From positions 1 through 63,717 of the forward strand of contig JAUCBJ010001439.1 of the NCBI GenBank assembly GCA_032718475.1: a stretch of 63,717 nucleotides of DNA, read 5' to 3'. Of the stretch, positions 12,497 to 25,000 are shown piece by piece. The notes below the pieces were generated by a model, which searched no databases, had not been told where the DNA came from, and worked only from the letters and a program-made list of their open reading frames with translations. The position numbers were made by a program, and so were the translations under genes. Positions within the stretch are counted from its first letter, which is position 1. The number at the start of each line of letters is the position of its first letter. This DNA is from Nemertoderma westbladi. Lineage: Eukaryota; Animalia; Xenacoelomorpha.

Positions 12497-12566
12497 ATTA
12501 GTTCAGAATCGAACCAGCGGCCTTTACATTCATAACCCGACGCGATATCCACTACGCTAATTTGGC
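12497..12566 (-). pseudogene. Degenerate tRNA-like sequence or tRNA-SINE head
   Basis: Minus strand has TAGCGTAGTGG (A box) and GGTTCGATTC (B box) at tRNA spacing; acceptor stem does not pair. Confidence 0.5.
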
Positions 12567-12682
12567 ACTAGATTAATGTGTGTATAATTAACATATCATG
12601 CTTTCCTGCTACAAGATTGTTCTAGAAAGTTTTAGTGCACAATTACAAATAATTCACCTCAAATAAATAAAATTAGATTCGC

Positions 12683-12804
12683 CATTGTTCATAAATAGCA
12701 CTTTAAAGCTTTTACGGACTTCGTTTTGTTATTTCTCTCGCTGTCGCTAGGGAAACAAAATCACTCGAGTAGTAACGCTATATAGTGCTACTTTATGAAC
12801 AATG
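12683..12804. repeat. Small inverted repeat or MITE-like remnant
   Basis: CATTGTTCATAAA-TAGCACT ... AGTGCTACTTTATGAACAATG. Confidence 0.5.
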
Positions 12805-13007
12805 ACGTATATATTATTATGTTTATATTATGTAACTGAATGGGAAGACATAAGTAGATTGTAGTCCACCGTTAAATAGCATTGTTATTAATAAATTTAA
12901 GTTGTTTACATATTTACAAATATTTACAAATAAGATAACAAATATATAATTAATTATCTAATAAATAATACAAAACAATGATTAAGTTCCAAACATATTC
13001 AATCAAT

Positions 13008-16000
13008 TTATTCTCTCTTTGCTGGTTCGGGTTCTTTAACTAAAGCCATTAATTTCTCTATTTTAGCTATTTCCTGCTCCTCTTTGCTTGGTTGCTTTGT
13101 TGCTTGCATCGCTGCCAACCCTTTCTTCTCTTTCGGCATCTTCCTGAGATTCGGCGACAGCTTCAATGACGTCACGTAACCCCTATCGTCGCCGACGATA
13201 ACAATAGGTTGAGTCGGATTGAACGCAATGTGAGTGAGTCGCGTCTTCTTCTTACTCACGACCATCTGATCGCAGATCGACGAGTATTTATTAACGTTCA
13301 GATCGAATACGTGAACGCGACCGTCAGCCGTTACGGCGGCGAACACCGTGGAGGAGTAGGGCGACCAGGCGACGTCTCCCACCGAACTACCGAGATCGAA
13401 GACGAACAACGGCTCCTGTTTGTGGTACGAATGATCCCAAATCTTTACCGTCCAATCCGCAGAGCACGATATGTAGACTTTAGGGTGGAAGACGTTCCAA
13501 TGGATACGGTAGACAGCCATCTGATGCGCGACGCTGGTGTCTAAGAATTGGCTTTTATACGCTTTCGAACACTTATGGATTTTTCCTTCTTCTGTCCCAA
13601 CGAGGAACAGGTAGTCAAGGCTTCTATGGAAGTCGAAGGATGTCCCGCAGCCTAGATGGATGAGTTGGCTGGTGTCGGTGGTTGGCTCTTGGAGGCCCTC
13701 GTCTAGACGGAGGTGGATGATGTCCGTGCAGTTGAGTTCGTTCTTGACGAGGGTCCAACAACAGACTCGTCCGTCGGAACTGGTGCTGTAGAAGTTGAGG
13801 TTGTTGTCGATATCGTCGCGTTGCCAACGCACTTGCCACACTGGATCGCTGTGTAGGATATAAGGAAACACAACTGGGTGATTTTTATAAAATAAATAAT
13901 GGTATAATATTTTTTATAAATGGTAAACCCGAAAGACGTAACCCCTCAACCCCGGGGGCAACCTGAATACACCACTGTCTTGGCAATAAATACACATGGC
14001 ACGATCATAAAAACTAGTCTATATCACTCATACCATACGTAATGAACCCAATTCTCTTGACATTTACATTTTGCGCTTTTGATTCAAATAAAAGTAGCTG
14101 AGAACACAAAAATCAGCTTAACAATAAAAATTACTACAACTTATATTTGGCTATGGCCAATGGCATATCCATCATAACATAAAGTATAGAATGTAAGTCT
14201 CGGAACTTGTTACATCGGAAGGTGTTTTAATCTCGGAAGTTCAAATTGAGTTGAGGCTTGAAAATTCAAAATATAAGAATAATTGACTTTCAAGATTCAA
14301 CAAAATTACATACCGACGTAATTATTTGGACGTAAATTTATCCTTAAAATAAAATAAGCGACATTTATCTTCAATAAAAGCTGCCAGAATCTGTAGAGAA
14401 TTTTAGGAGACCCAGTTGTGCTACTTTAGCCATTTACATATATTTTTAATAATAATTGTTTCTTTATAAATAATTATGTAACTTACGTGTGTTTCCCTCC
14501 CTTTGCGGTGCACATGTACTGGGCGGATCCGGGACGGAGCACGTTGAACACCCCGACAGCCCCATCGTAGAACCCCGCGCACAGTAGATACGGGTAGTCG
14601 GGGTGGAAGTCCAGACACATAACCCCACTCTCAGTATCAAACTCAAACTCGGGGTAACTCGGATTCTTCAGTGAGTAGCAGAGAACTAAACCTAAACGGT
14701 ATAAAAAATATGGGTTGGTAAACGAGCAGAGAACTAAACCTAAACGGTACAAATATGGACGCGGGTTGGTAAACGAGCTGAGAACCAAACCATAGTCACT
14801 GACTCACAACTGGTATCATTAGATTAAAGTAACATTACAATGACTAACCCTTAGTCGGTTTGAGATAATCGTATGACCCGTGCCCGGTGGCGAACAGATC
14901 GTAGTACTGGGTGTTCCAGCTGAGCGAGGTAACCGCTAGACGTTTCGCCGGTTCATGCGAGAACCGCCAGAGGGGAAGTAGACTGCCCTCCTGGTCGCGG
15001 AACTCGTCCGAGGTGTCGTCCCAGAACTTGTAGTCCTGGCTGATTTCGTCGAAAGTGTTCTGATTAACCATGCGTTCTAGAATCTTAGAGGAATGTTCTA
15101 CGCGCGATATATCGTCCGAGGTTGATTCAATCTGTAGTGAAAATAAAAATAATAAATAAAAATATGATATAATTATCAATTTCTCAGTAAGAAATACTTA
15201 GACTGAGTCTAGATTTTGAAATATATTATTTTTTACCTATTTTTTTTTTACCTATGCTTGAAAAGGGATGTGCACCAAAAGGATAAATAAGTACTTTAAT
15301 AGGAAAAAGTGGCACCAAGAGAATGAGTATATATGAAAATATAAATATGCGCGAGAACCCCTGCCCCCCCCCCCCCCCCGTTCCATTTGTTTCATAATGT
15401 GTTACGTGTTTGTTGCCTAATGTGTGACGTGTTTGTTGTATGTATGTACTGTATGTTTCTACCAGCCGCTGTCGTATTCGGTGGGGTGTTGAATATTTAT
15501 TGCTGGGGAATTCTCACCAATTTTCCTGTCGCGTCGGGCCAATCTCTACATCGACGTAGTACGTTAACAGTAAATGGTGGTTGAGCGGTTGGTGTCCACG
15601 GTCCGTGTATCGATAGTCTGTGAGCTGCTACTGAGCTACTACGATTTTTGTTCCCGTTGCGTACCGCATTAATATGTGCCATAGTGCGTGTTCTGATTGA
15701 TTTATATGTTTATCCTACGTAACTTTCATTGCATGTGTTGCATGTGGTTTGGTATAATACGTTTTTTTGTGTACAATGTCTCCATTTCGTTGTTGTGTCC
15801 ATTTGTCGTGAGTTGATAAAGGACTGTCGCCCGAAATATACTCATATCGTAACATCTTTTTCTTTTGATTCCATTTGGTCACTTATACATAGGTCCAGCC
15901 AACAAAACAAACTCTTTATCTAATCTTGACGAATAAGCGGTATATAAGGGTTTTCGAGGTCGTTGATCACGATAAAACTTGTTAAAAATATTTTCTGAGA

Positions 16001-19000
16001 ATGTGTAAGGGAATATTTTTATGAAAAAACAACCGAAAATTCCGGCAAACATATCATTCCGACCGGAACCGGAATCTGTCAAAAACTGCTGGAATTCCGA
16101 CCGGAACGGAATTCAGGTACATCACTAAATGAATATATATAAAATATTGAATACTGTTTATCTGTCTTGATGACAGGTATATATATATAACAAATCGAAA
16201 CATTATTTAATCTCATTTGGTAGTTAAATAATCTATTTTATATCTCACCTGTAAAGTTTTACGTTTCTTTTCGTCCTCCCTCTTTGAGGTTGTTTTCTTT
16301 TCTTTCGCTTTCTCCTGCTGCGCCAAGTCCTCCATATAGGCATCGTAGATCTCCCATTGGTTGGCGTTAGCGGCGTAGTCTGCGCGCGGTGGCGGTTCCG
16401 TCTGGATGCCGCGCTCCCGGTATGGGTTGTTAAACGTCTGAGAGGCGCGTTCGCTGAAGTTAAACTGAAAAAAATATGTGACAAAACATGGATGGGATGG
16501 TCTCTGTCGGGTTTATGGTATAATATACCAGTTCCAGTATACCAGTTACTTTGGTTATTGTAACTACCTGTTTGGCTGGTTTCGTCTCTGACTTTGGTTA
16601 TTGTAACTACCTGATTGGCTGGTTTCGTCTCGGACTTTGGTTATTGTAACTACCTGATTGGCTGGTTTCGTCTCGGACTTTGGTTACTATAACTACCTGA
16701 TTGGTTGGTTTCTTCTCGGACTTTGGTTATTGTAACTACCTGATTGGCTGGTTTCGTCTCGGACTTTGGTTATTGTAACTACCTGATTGGCTGGTTTCGT
16801 CTCGGACTTTGGTTATTGTAACTACCTGATTGGCTGGGTTCGTCTCGGACTTTCGTTATTGTAACTACCTGATTGGCTGGTTTCGTCTCGGACTTTGGTT
16901 ATTGTAACTACCTGATTGGCTGGTTTCGTCTCGGACTTTGGTTATTGTAACTACCTGATTGGCTGGTTTCGTCTCGGACTTTGGCTATTGTAACTATCTG
17001 ATTGGCTGGGTTCGTCTCGGACTTTCGTTATTGTAACTACCTGATTGGCTGGTTTCGTCTCGGACTCTGGTTATTGTAACTACCTGATTGGCTGGTTTCG
17101 TCTCGGACTTTGGTTATTGTAACTACCTGATTGGATGGTTTCGTCTCGGACTTTCGTTATTGTAACTACCTGATTGGCTGGTTTCGTCTCGGACTTTGGT
17201 TATTGTAACTACCTGATTGGCTGGATTCGTCTCGGACTTTGGTTATTGTAACTACCTGATTGGCTGGTTTCATCTCGGACTTTCGTTATTGTAACTACCT
17301 GATTGGCTGGTTTCGTCTCGGACTTTGGTTATTATAACTACCTGATTGGCTGGGTTCGTCTCGGACTTTGGTTATTGTAACTACCTGATTGGCTGGTTTC
17401 GTCTCGGACTTTGGTTATTGTAACTACCTGATTGGCTGGTTTCGTCTCGGACTTTGGTTATTGTAACTACCTGATTGGCTGGTTTCGTCTCGGACTTTCG
17501 TTATTGTAACTACCTGATTGGCTGGGTTCGTCTCGGACTTTCGTTATTGTAACTACCTGATTGGCTGGTTTCGTCTCGGACTTTGGTTATTGTAACTACC
17601 TGATTGGCTGGATTCGTCTCGGACTTTGGTTATTGTAACTACCTGATTGGCTGGTTTCGTCTCGGACTTTCGTTATTGTAACTACCTGATTGGCTGGTTT
17701 CGTCTCGGACTTTGGTTATTGTAACTACCTGATTGGCTGGGTTCGTCTCGGACTTTGGTTATTGTAACTACCTGATTGGTTGGTTTCGTCTCGGACTTTG
17801 GTTATTGTAACTACCTGATTGGCTGGTTTCGTCTCGGTCTTTGGTTATTGTAACTACCTGATTGGCTGGTTTCGTCTCGGACTTTGGTTATTGTAACTAC
17901 CTGATTGGCTGGTTTCGTCTCGGACTTTGGTTATTGTAACTACCTGATTGGCTGGTTTCGTCACGAACTTTGGTTATTGTAACTACCTGATTGGCTGGTT
18001 TCGTCTCGGTCTTTGGTTATTGTAACTACCTGATTGGCTGGTTTCGTCTCGGTCTTTGGTTATTGTAACTACCTGATTGGCTGGTTTCGTCTCGGACTTT
18101 GGTTATTGTAACTACCTGATTGGCTGGTTTCGTCACGAACTTTGGTTATTGTAACTACCTGATTGGCTGGTTTCGTCTCGGTCTTTGGTTATTGTAACTA
18201 CCTGATTGGCTGGTTTCGTCTCGGACTTTGGTTATTGTAACTACCTGATTGGCTGGGTTCGTCTCGGACTTTGGTTATTGTAACTACCTGATTGGCTGGG
18301 TTCGTCTCGGACTTTGGTTATTGTAACTACCTGATTGGTTGGTTTCGTCTCGGACTTTGGTTATTGTAACTACCTGATTGGCTGGTTTCGTCTCGGACTT
18401 TCGTTATTGTAACTACCTGATTGGCTGGTTTCGTCTCGGACTTTGGTTATTGTAACTACCTGATTGGTTGGTTGCGTCTCGGACTTTGGTTATTGTAACT
18501 ACCTGATTGGCTGGTTTCGTCTCGGACTTTGGTTATTGTAACTACCTGATTGGCTGGATTCGTCTCGGACTTTGGTTATTGTAACTACCTGATTGGCTGG
18601 TTTTATCTCGGACTTTCGTTATTGTAACTACCTGATTGGCTGGTTTCGTCTCGGACTTTGGTTATTATAACTACCTGATTGGCTGGGTTCGTCTCGGACT
18701 TTGGTTATTGTAACTACCTGATTGGCTGGTTTCGTCTCGGACTTTCGTTATTGTAACTACCTGATTGGCTGGTTTCGTCTCGGACTCTGGTTATTGTAAC
18801 TACCTGATTGGCTGGTTTCGTCTCGGACTTTCGTTATTGTAACTACCTGATTGGCTGGTTTCGTCTCGGACTTTGGTTATTGTAACTACCTGATTGGCTG
18901 GATTCGTCTCGGACTTTGGTTATTGTAACTACCTGATTGGCTGGTTTCATCTCGGACTTTCGTTATTGTAACTACCTGATTGGCTGGTTTCGTCTCGGAC

Positions 19001-22000
19001 TCTGGTTATTGTAACTACCTGAATGGCTGGTTTCGTCTCGGACTTTCGTTATTGTAACTACCTGATTGGCTGGTTTCATCTCGGACTTTCGTTATTGTAA
19101 CTACCTGATTGGCTGGTTTCGTCTCGGACTTTGGTTATTATAACTACCTGATTGGCTGGTTTCGTCTCGGACTTTCGTTATTGTAACTACCTGATTGGCT
19201 GGTTTCGTCTCGGACTCTGGTTATTGTAACTACCTGATTGGCTGGTTTCGTCTCGGTCTTTGGTTATTGAAACTACCTGATTGGCTGGTTTCGTCTCGGT
19301 CTTTGGTTATTGTAACTACCTGATTGGCTGGTTTCGTCTCGGACTTTGGTTATTGTAACTACCTGATTGGCTGGTTTCGTCACGAACTTTGGTTATTGTA
19401 ACTACCTGATTGGCTGGTTTCGTCTCGGACTTTGGTTATTGTAACTACCTGATTGGCTGGTTTCGTCTCGGTCTTTGGTTATTGTAACTACCTGATTGGC
19501 TGGTTTCGTCTCGGACTTTGGTTATTGTAACTACCTGATTGGCTGGGTTCGTCTCGGACTTTGGTTATTGTAACTACCTGATTGGCTGGTTTCGTCTCGA
19601 ACTTTGGTTATTGTAACTACCTGATTGGTTGGTTTCGTCTCGGACTTTGGTTATTGTAACTACCTGATTGGCTGGTTTCGTCTCGGACTTTCGTTATTGT
19701 AACTACCTGATTGGCTGGTTTCGTCTCGGACTTTGGTTATTGTAACTACCTGATTGGTTGGTTTCGTCTCGGACTTTGGTTATTGTAACTACCTGATTGG
19801 CTGGTTTCGTCTCGGACTTTGGTTATTGTAACTACCTGTATAGAATTATATTCCCTAAATGCCGTGGATTTTCAAAATTTATTTTTATTCGAATTAACTT
19901 TGTAAAGATTGCTTTGAGTTCTCATTCGTATTGGTTCTATCATTTGTGTACTTATCGGTCAAGTGGTTCAGTAGCTCAGTCGGTAGAGCGTTGGAAATTA
20001 TATGTGTAGTAGGTATTGAGTTCGAATCCTAGTAAGTGCGAATTATTTTTTGTACAGAATTTCAACTCATTTAAATTAACCGCTACAAATTAATTGCATT
20101 TGTCTGTACCAATGAGACTGTAGTTATTTGATTGTAACCAATGTCGTGCAAGTTATATATTAGCTGGACCAATAGCTATCTTTAAAACCCCGTTAGAACC
20201 CATAGAACAATCGAGAATTTTCTCGATTGATTGCGGCACAAATTTGCTATATAAAGGTGCGATTTGTTCATTCGTGCAAGTTATATATTAGCTGGACCAA
20301 TAGCTATCTTTAAAACCCCGTTAGAACCCATAGAACAATCGAGAATTTTCTCGATTGATTGCGGCACAAATTTGCTATATAAAGGTGCGATTTGTTCATT
20401 AGTTATCAATCTTATATCTCAATACTATTACACTTACAATCTACTTCTCAGATTATCTTATCAATATTCTGTCGCGCTTAGTTTATTTCAGATTACATTG
20501 TATTATAATTATATCTTCTGTAATAAAGTCAGAATATTCTCTCAGCTTTTCTATCTGTTTTACTATGAATTCACTACGGTGAACAAACTCAGGGACAGGA
20601 TGGCCGGCTAGAGATCGGGCCGCAGCAATGAACGGGAACATCACGGGAATGTAGACGAGAGACAACCCGCAATACCATCTTGAGTAATTCGCCCATCGCC
20701 TGAAAGGTTAGACAGCGTTCGACGCCTTGCTACCTAAGTATAAGACCAAAAGATCAAAAGGTAGACGTAGTGACACGCTGTAAGCCTAAAATTACATCAT
20801 AGGGACTGTACTGTCTTGATTCAGGAAAACCACAGTAGACCTTCACATTCCTACGGGGGGAGGGAGAGAGAGCAGGCAGATACTAGTACGCAGATAGGAC
20901 GTAGGCACACCGGTACGAAGCATACAAATTGGTAGGGTGCAGCAAACTGTACGCCTAACTCTTGCTAAGTGCAGGTGTGTGTGCGACTATTTGTAGTACG
21001 ACAGTGTCCATTGCATTAGAACTTGTAGGCTAGAGGGGTTGCTGTGTTTTCACCTGAATTGAGATTGTACCGTTCAGGCGGTAGGGCAGTTTACACTAGG
21101 CGCAAATAAATTGAGGCTATTAGGGATACTAACATCTACCGTGTCCCCGCCAACGCCCTAATAGGAAGTTACCCGGACTACCTGGGTGACTAAAATTCTA
21201 GATAGGAGCCAGGATAGCTATTAGTAACTGTACGCCTACAGTAGTAAACTAACACATCTCTTCTTAGTATCAGGGACCTGGTACCTAAAATTGCCGAATT
21301 CTGGGCGTAGCATTAACCCTATGCCTGAATTTGAGTCCTGGAAATACGCAAGAGGGGAAGGAACCTTATCATTCGTGAGTATTGGACCTACAAGTTACAA
21401 AATTAGAATATTCGTAAAATGCACACCGTACCCAGTAATTATATATGTGAAGGAGCAAAACTGTTTTGACCGTTCAGAATTAACACACGCGCGTTAGAAA
21501 TTATTTACACCTCAAAATATATAAAATTAACTTTGTCCGTACTGTGCTTTGCCCGCTAGTTAGACATCTCCAAATCTCTGCCTGTACCTAGCTAGCGTCT
21601 CTTTGCCCAACCATATAAATCACACCGCGGCAAAGTATATGAGCCTCTTAGTCCGTCAGTGAGTCAGCCTGATTTTAGGATTCGCTGCGCGGGATTTTGT
21701 TTTATCGAAGTTTGTCTGCTCGTTGACTGTTTTCTGCCTCACCGGTTATAAGAGATCGATACTGCAATATATTCGCTTACTTAGAGTTTACTGTTTTGGT
21801 GAGAAGGTCGGATTTATGATTTGATTCACAAACTTTACAGTAGGATATTGCAGGTATTGTTGCTGTCTCTTCCAATAGTAGGAATGTGTTTTACTGAACT
21901 ACGGTTCGGTAGGACTAAAGTTATTTGAAAATTTTGTATTTTGAGGTAAAAATTTATATTTGATTAGCTAAGTGCTAATTTTTTGAAATAAAATTTGATT

Positions 22001-25000
22001 TGAACCGCGTGTAAAATATTTTGGAATTGAATACCGGTGTTTAAAGGGGTTTAAATACCATATTGTACCGGTACAAAATTTTTCGTAAAAGTAAAACCTA
22101 ACTCTTTTGTTTTTTCAGGATTCAGAACTCATTTCTAGACTGTAACGGGAGCAAGACCGTGTTTAGCAAGTTTGGGAGATAGATAACTCAACAACTTTGG
22201 TTGGGAAAATCGCGTTTCGTCCGCAACGTTAAAAACGGAAAGGTTCACGTCCGGTTTGTATCTGGGAATCTGTTTTTCTGGAGAATTATTGGAGTGGGTG
22301 AGTTCGAAAAGTTGCATAAATAAGTTAGGCATTACAGTATTAGTTAAAATTATTGTGGGTTCCACTGTCTCAAGTATTTATGCATTCCGTATGATTTCTT
22401 TGTTCATTGCTGAATTAGTCCGTATTATTGTATTTAATTTACCTTTTGATAACGCATATCGTTATCCGATTTATTTGTTATAAAATTGGCCGCTAGGCTA
22501 ATTTTATTATATACTTATTCCGTGACATTTATTTGCTGTAAAATTGGCCGTTTAGGCTAATTTTATCCATCTGCTATAAAATCGGCCGGAAGGCTAATTT
22601 TATAAGACTGTAATTAGTACCGTTTAGATAAATACGGTAAACTCGATACTTTGACACTCACTTTACTTGACTTACAACTACCGAAATGAGTGACAAACAA
22701 GACTATACGAAGAACACACCTACCGACTATGACTCGTGCAACGGAGATAAGTCAGCAGCGGAAGAACAACAGGGGAAGACTTGCGAGCCTACCGAACCTA
22801 CACCGTGTGCGTCACCAGTACATCCAACGGGAGTACCGGATGCCGTAGTACGAGGCGACGGCAGGACCGAGGACTTTCTAACTGTTCCGCAACCTAGATA
22901 TAGGGAAACGGAGATGGTAAGTTCAGCAGGAAGTACAGAAAGTGTGGTTAGAAGCGTCGGTGGTTACATGGCGCATATTACCAGAAGTATTGGAGAAGGC
23001 CAACGCATATTAGACGGGTTGACCGCTCCGATGTCTCGATTCGAGTTCTACACCCTCCAGGTTAGAGTACAGAGTAAAGTATATAAGTCCGTAGATAATC
23101 TAGTTGGCCTACAAGATCTAGCCAGACAGAGACAGGACATGGATACTCAACTTAGAATCCTCGAGAAACTAATGATCGCTAGAGAGAAACTGATTCAGTT
23201 TAAGTCGACGATTAGGCAGATACAACAGGAACAAGCGGACCAGTTGTTAGGTGAGTCAGTTTCGGACGAATTATTACAGCCCGAGGAAGAACAGGAACTG
23301 TACCGACTGGATGAACAATTGAAACACCTGACGGATCACTTACGCATGTGCGGCAAAGACGTCGGAGATTGGAAAACCGTGCCGGAGGCTACGAGGGAAA
23401 CTTCATTCGCACAAATTGAATCGGCACCGGGAATATTGGATCAATCGTTGGTGAGTATTCGTAGCGAAATTGGCGAGGGAAGTATGGTTACGTCAGAAGT
23501 TGCTCGACAACAGCAAGAATTCTACCGACAACGACGAGAAATGGAGGAACAAGCTCAACTTCTAGTGATGCAGGCAGCAGTAGAGGAAGAGAAGCTACGC
23601 GTTGCGAATATAGCGAGAATCTCTCATCTACAGGAACAAGCTGAATTAGAAGCAGCTGAAGTAGAAAGGTTAGAGGTAGACATTGCCCGACAAGCGGCAG
23701 CGGCAGCGGCCGAGTCAGAGCGACAAGCGGCAGCGGCAGCGGCCGAGTCAGAGCGACAAGCGGCAGCGGCAGCGGCGGAATTAGAACGAAACAGGTTAGT
23801 TTCGGAAGCACGGGCCGAAATGAAAACACGGCAAATAAAAGCTCAATCCGCTATACGACAAGCAGAGTTTGAGGCGCAACAACGACAAACGGAACAACGA
23901 GAGAAGACAGCTAAACTTCATTTCGAACTCGAGAAGAAGGCGAGAGAATTAGCGAACGCTGAGGAAGATCTGGATCAAAAGGCCCGCGATTGATCAATGA
24001 GATCTCGAGACGGACATGACTTGGACCAGATAGAGGTAAGACATCGCCAAATTCAGGAACGAAAGAAGGAAGGAAGCGTAGGAGCACCCGGACGGGAACG
24101 ACAATTAGTAAAAGACTTGTGTCAACGATTCCCACAGGTAACTCATATGTTTGCACCGGTTACGACTAAGGAACCTGTTTCGATTGCAGGTAGTAGTAAC
24201 ATTTCTCCTATCCATGGTGCGACGGAACACAGGTTTGTTATTCCGGACGAGTTTACACCGCCAAGAGCAACGTCGTCGCCTATTCCGAAAGTTAAGGTAA
24301 GTAACCCACCGATTACAGATCGTAGTAGTTTATTGACCGGACCTGCACTACTGACGACAAAACAGGTGAGTCCACCTCCGACGCCAAAACCTGTTACACA
24401 CTACGCTTACCCAATGACGTTTAGGCCAACAAGGCCTTTGGATTCAAACGCTGTCATTCGCCCACCGGTTCAGTTTACATCGCAATCTACGACTTCGAGG
24501 AAGACTTGTGAGCCTACCGAACAACGGAGAACAGTGGATACGCGACCGTTCAACCAATTTACATCGCAATCTACGACTTCGAGGAAGACTTGTGAGCCTA
24601 CCGAACAACGGAGAACAGTGGATACGCGACCGTTCAACCAATTTACATCGCAATCTACGACTTCGAGGAAGACTTGTGAGCCTACCGAACAACGGAGATC
24701 AGTGGACGATGTTCCGAAACGAAACGTGAGAATTCGTACGACGCAACGAACGCGAGCACGTCGACCACCATATCCGGATGATAGTAGTACTTCGAGCAAA
24801 TCGGATTACCCGAAACGCGAGGTATTTAGAACAGGGGCGGCCGATGAATATAAACGCGAGCGTTCAGACAACTCCTTTGCAGACAATCCTCCACAGAATA
24901 CACCAACACAGAAGGCGTTACAACCAACGGACGCAATTAGTACACAACAGTTCGCCGACATCCTGCGACCAGTTGTTAATAAGTTGGCTCAGATCGAGGA

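Noticed and set aside
16547-19838. 43-bp array as a CRISPR array
   Set aside because: Head-to-tail units with no unique spacers, no cas genes, eukaryotic intronic context
19965-20037. Functional tRNA gene
   Set aside because: Acceptor and anticodon stems do not pair; kept only as tRNA-like
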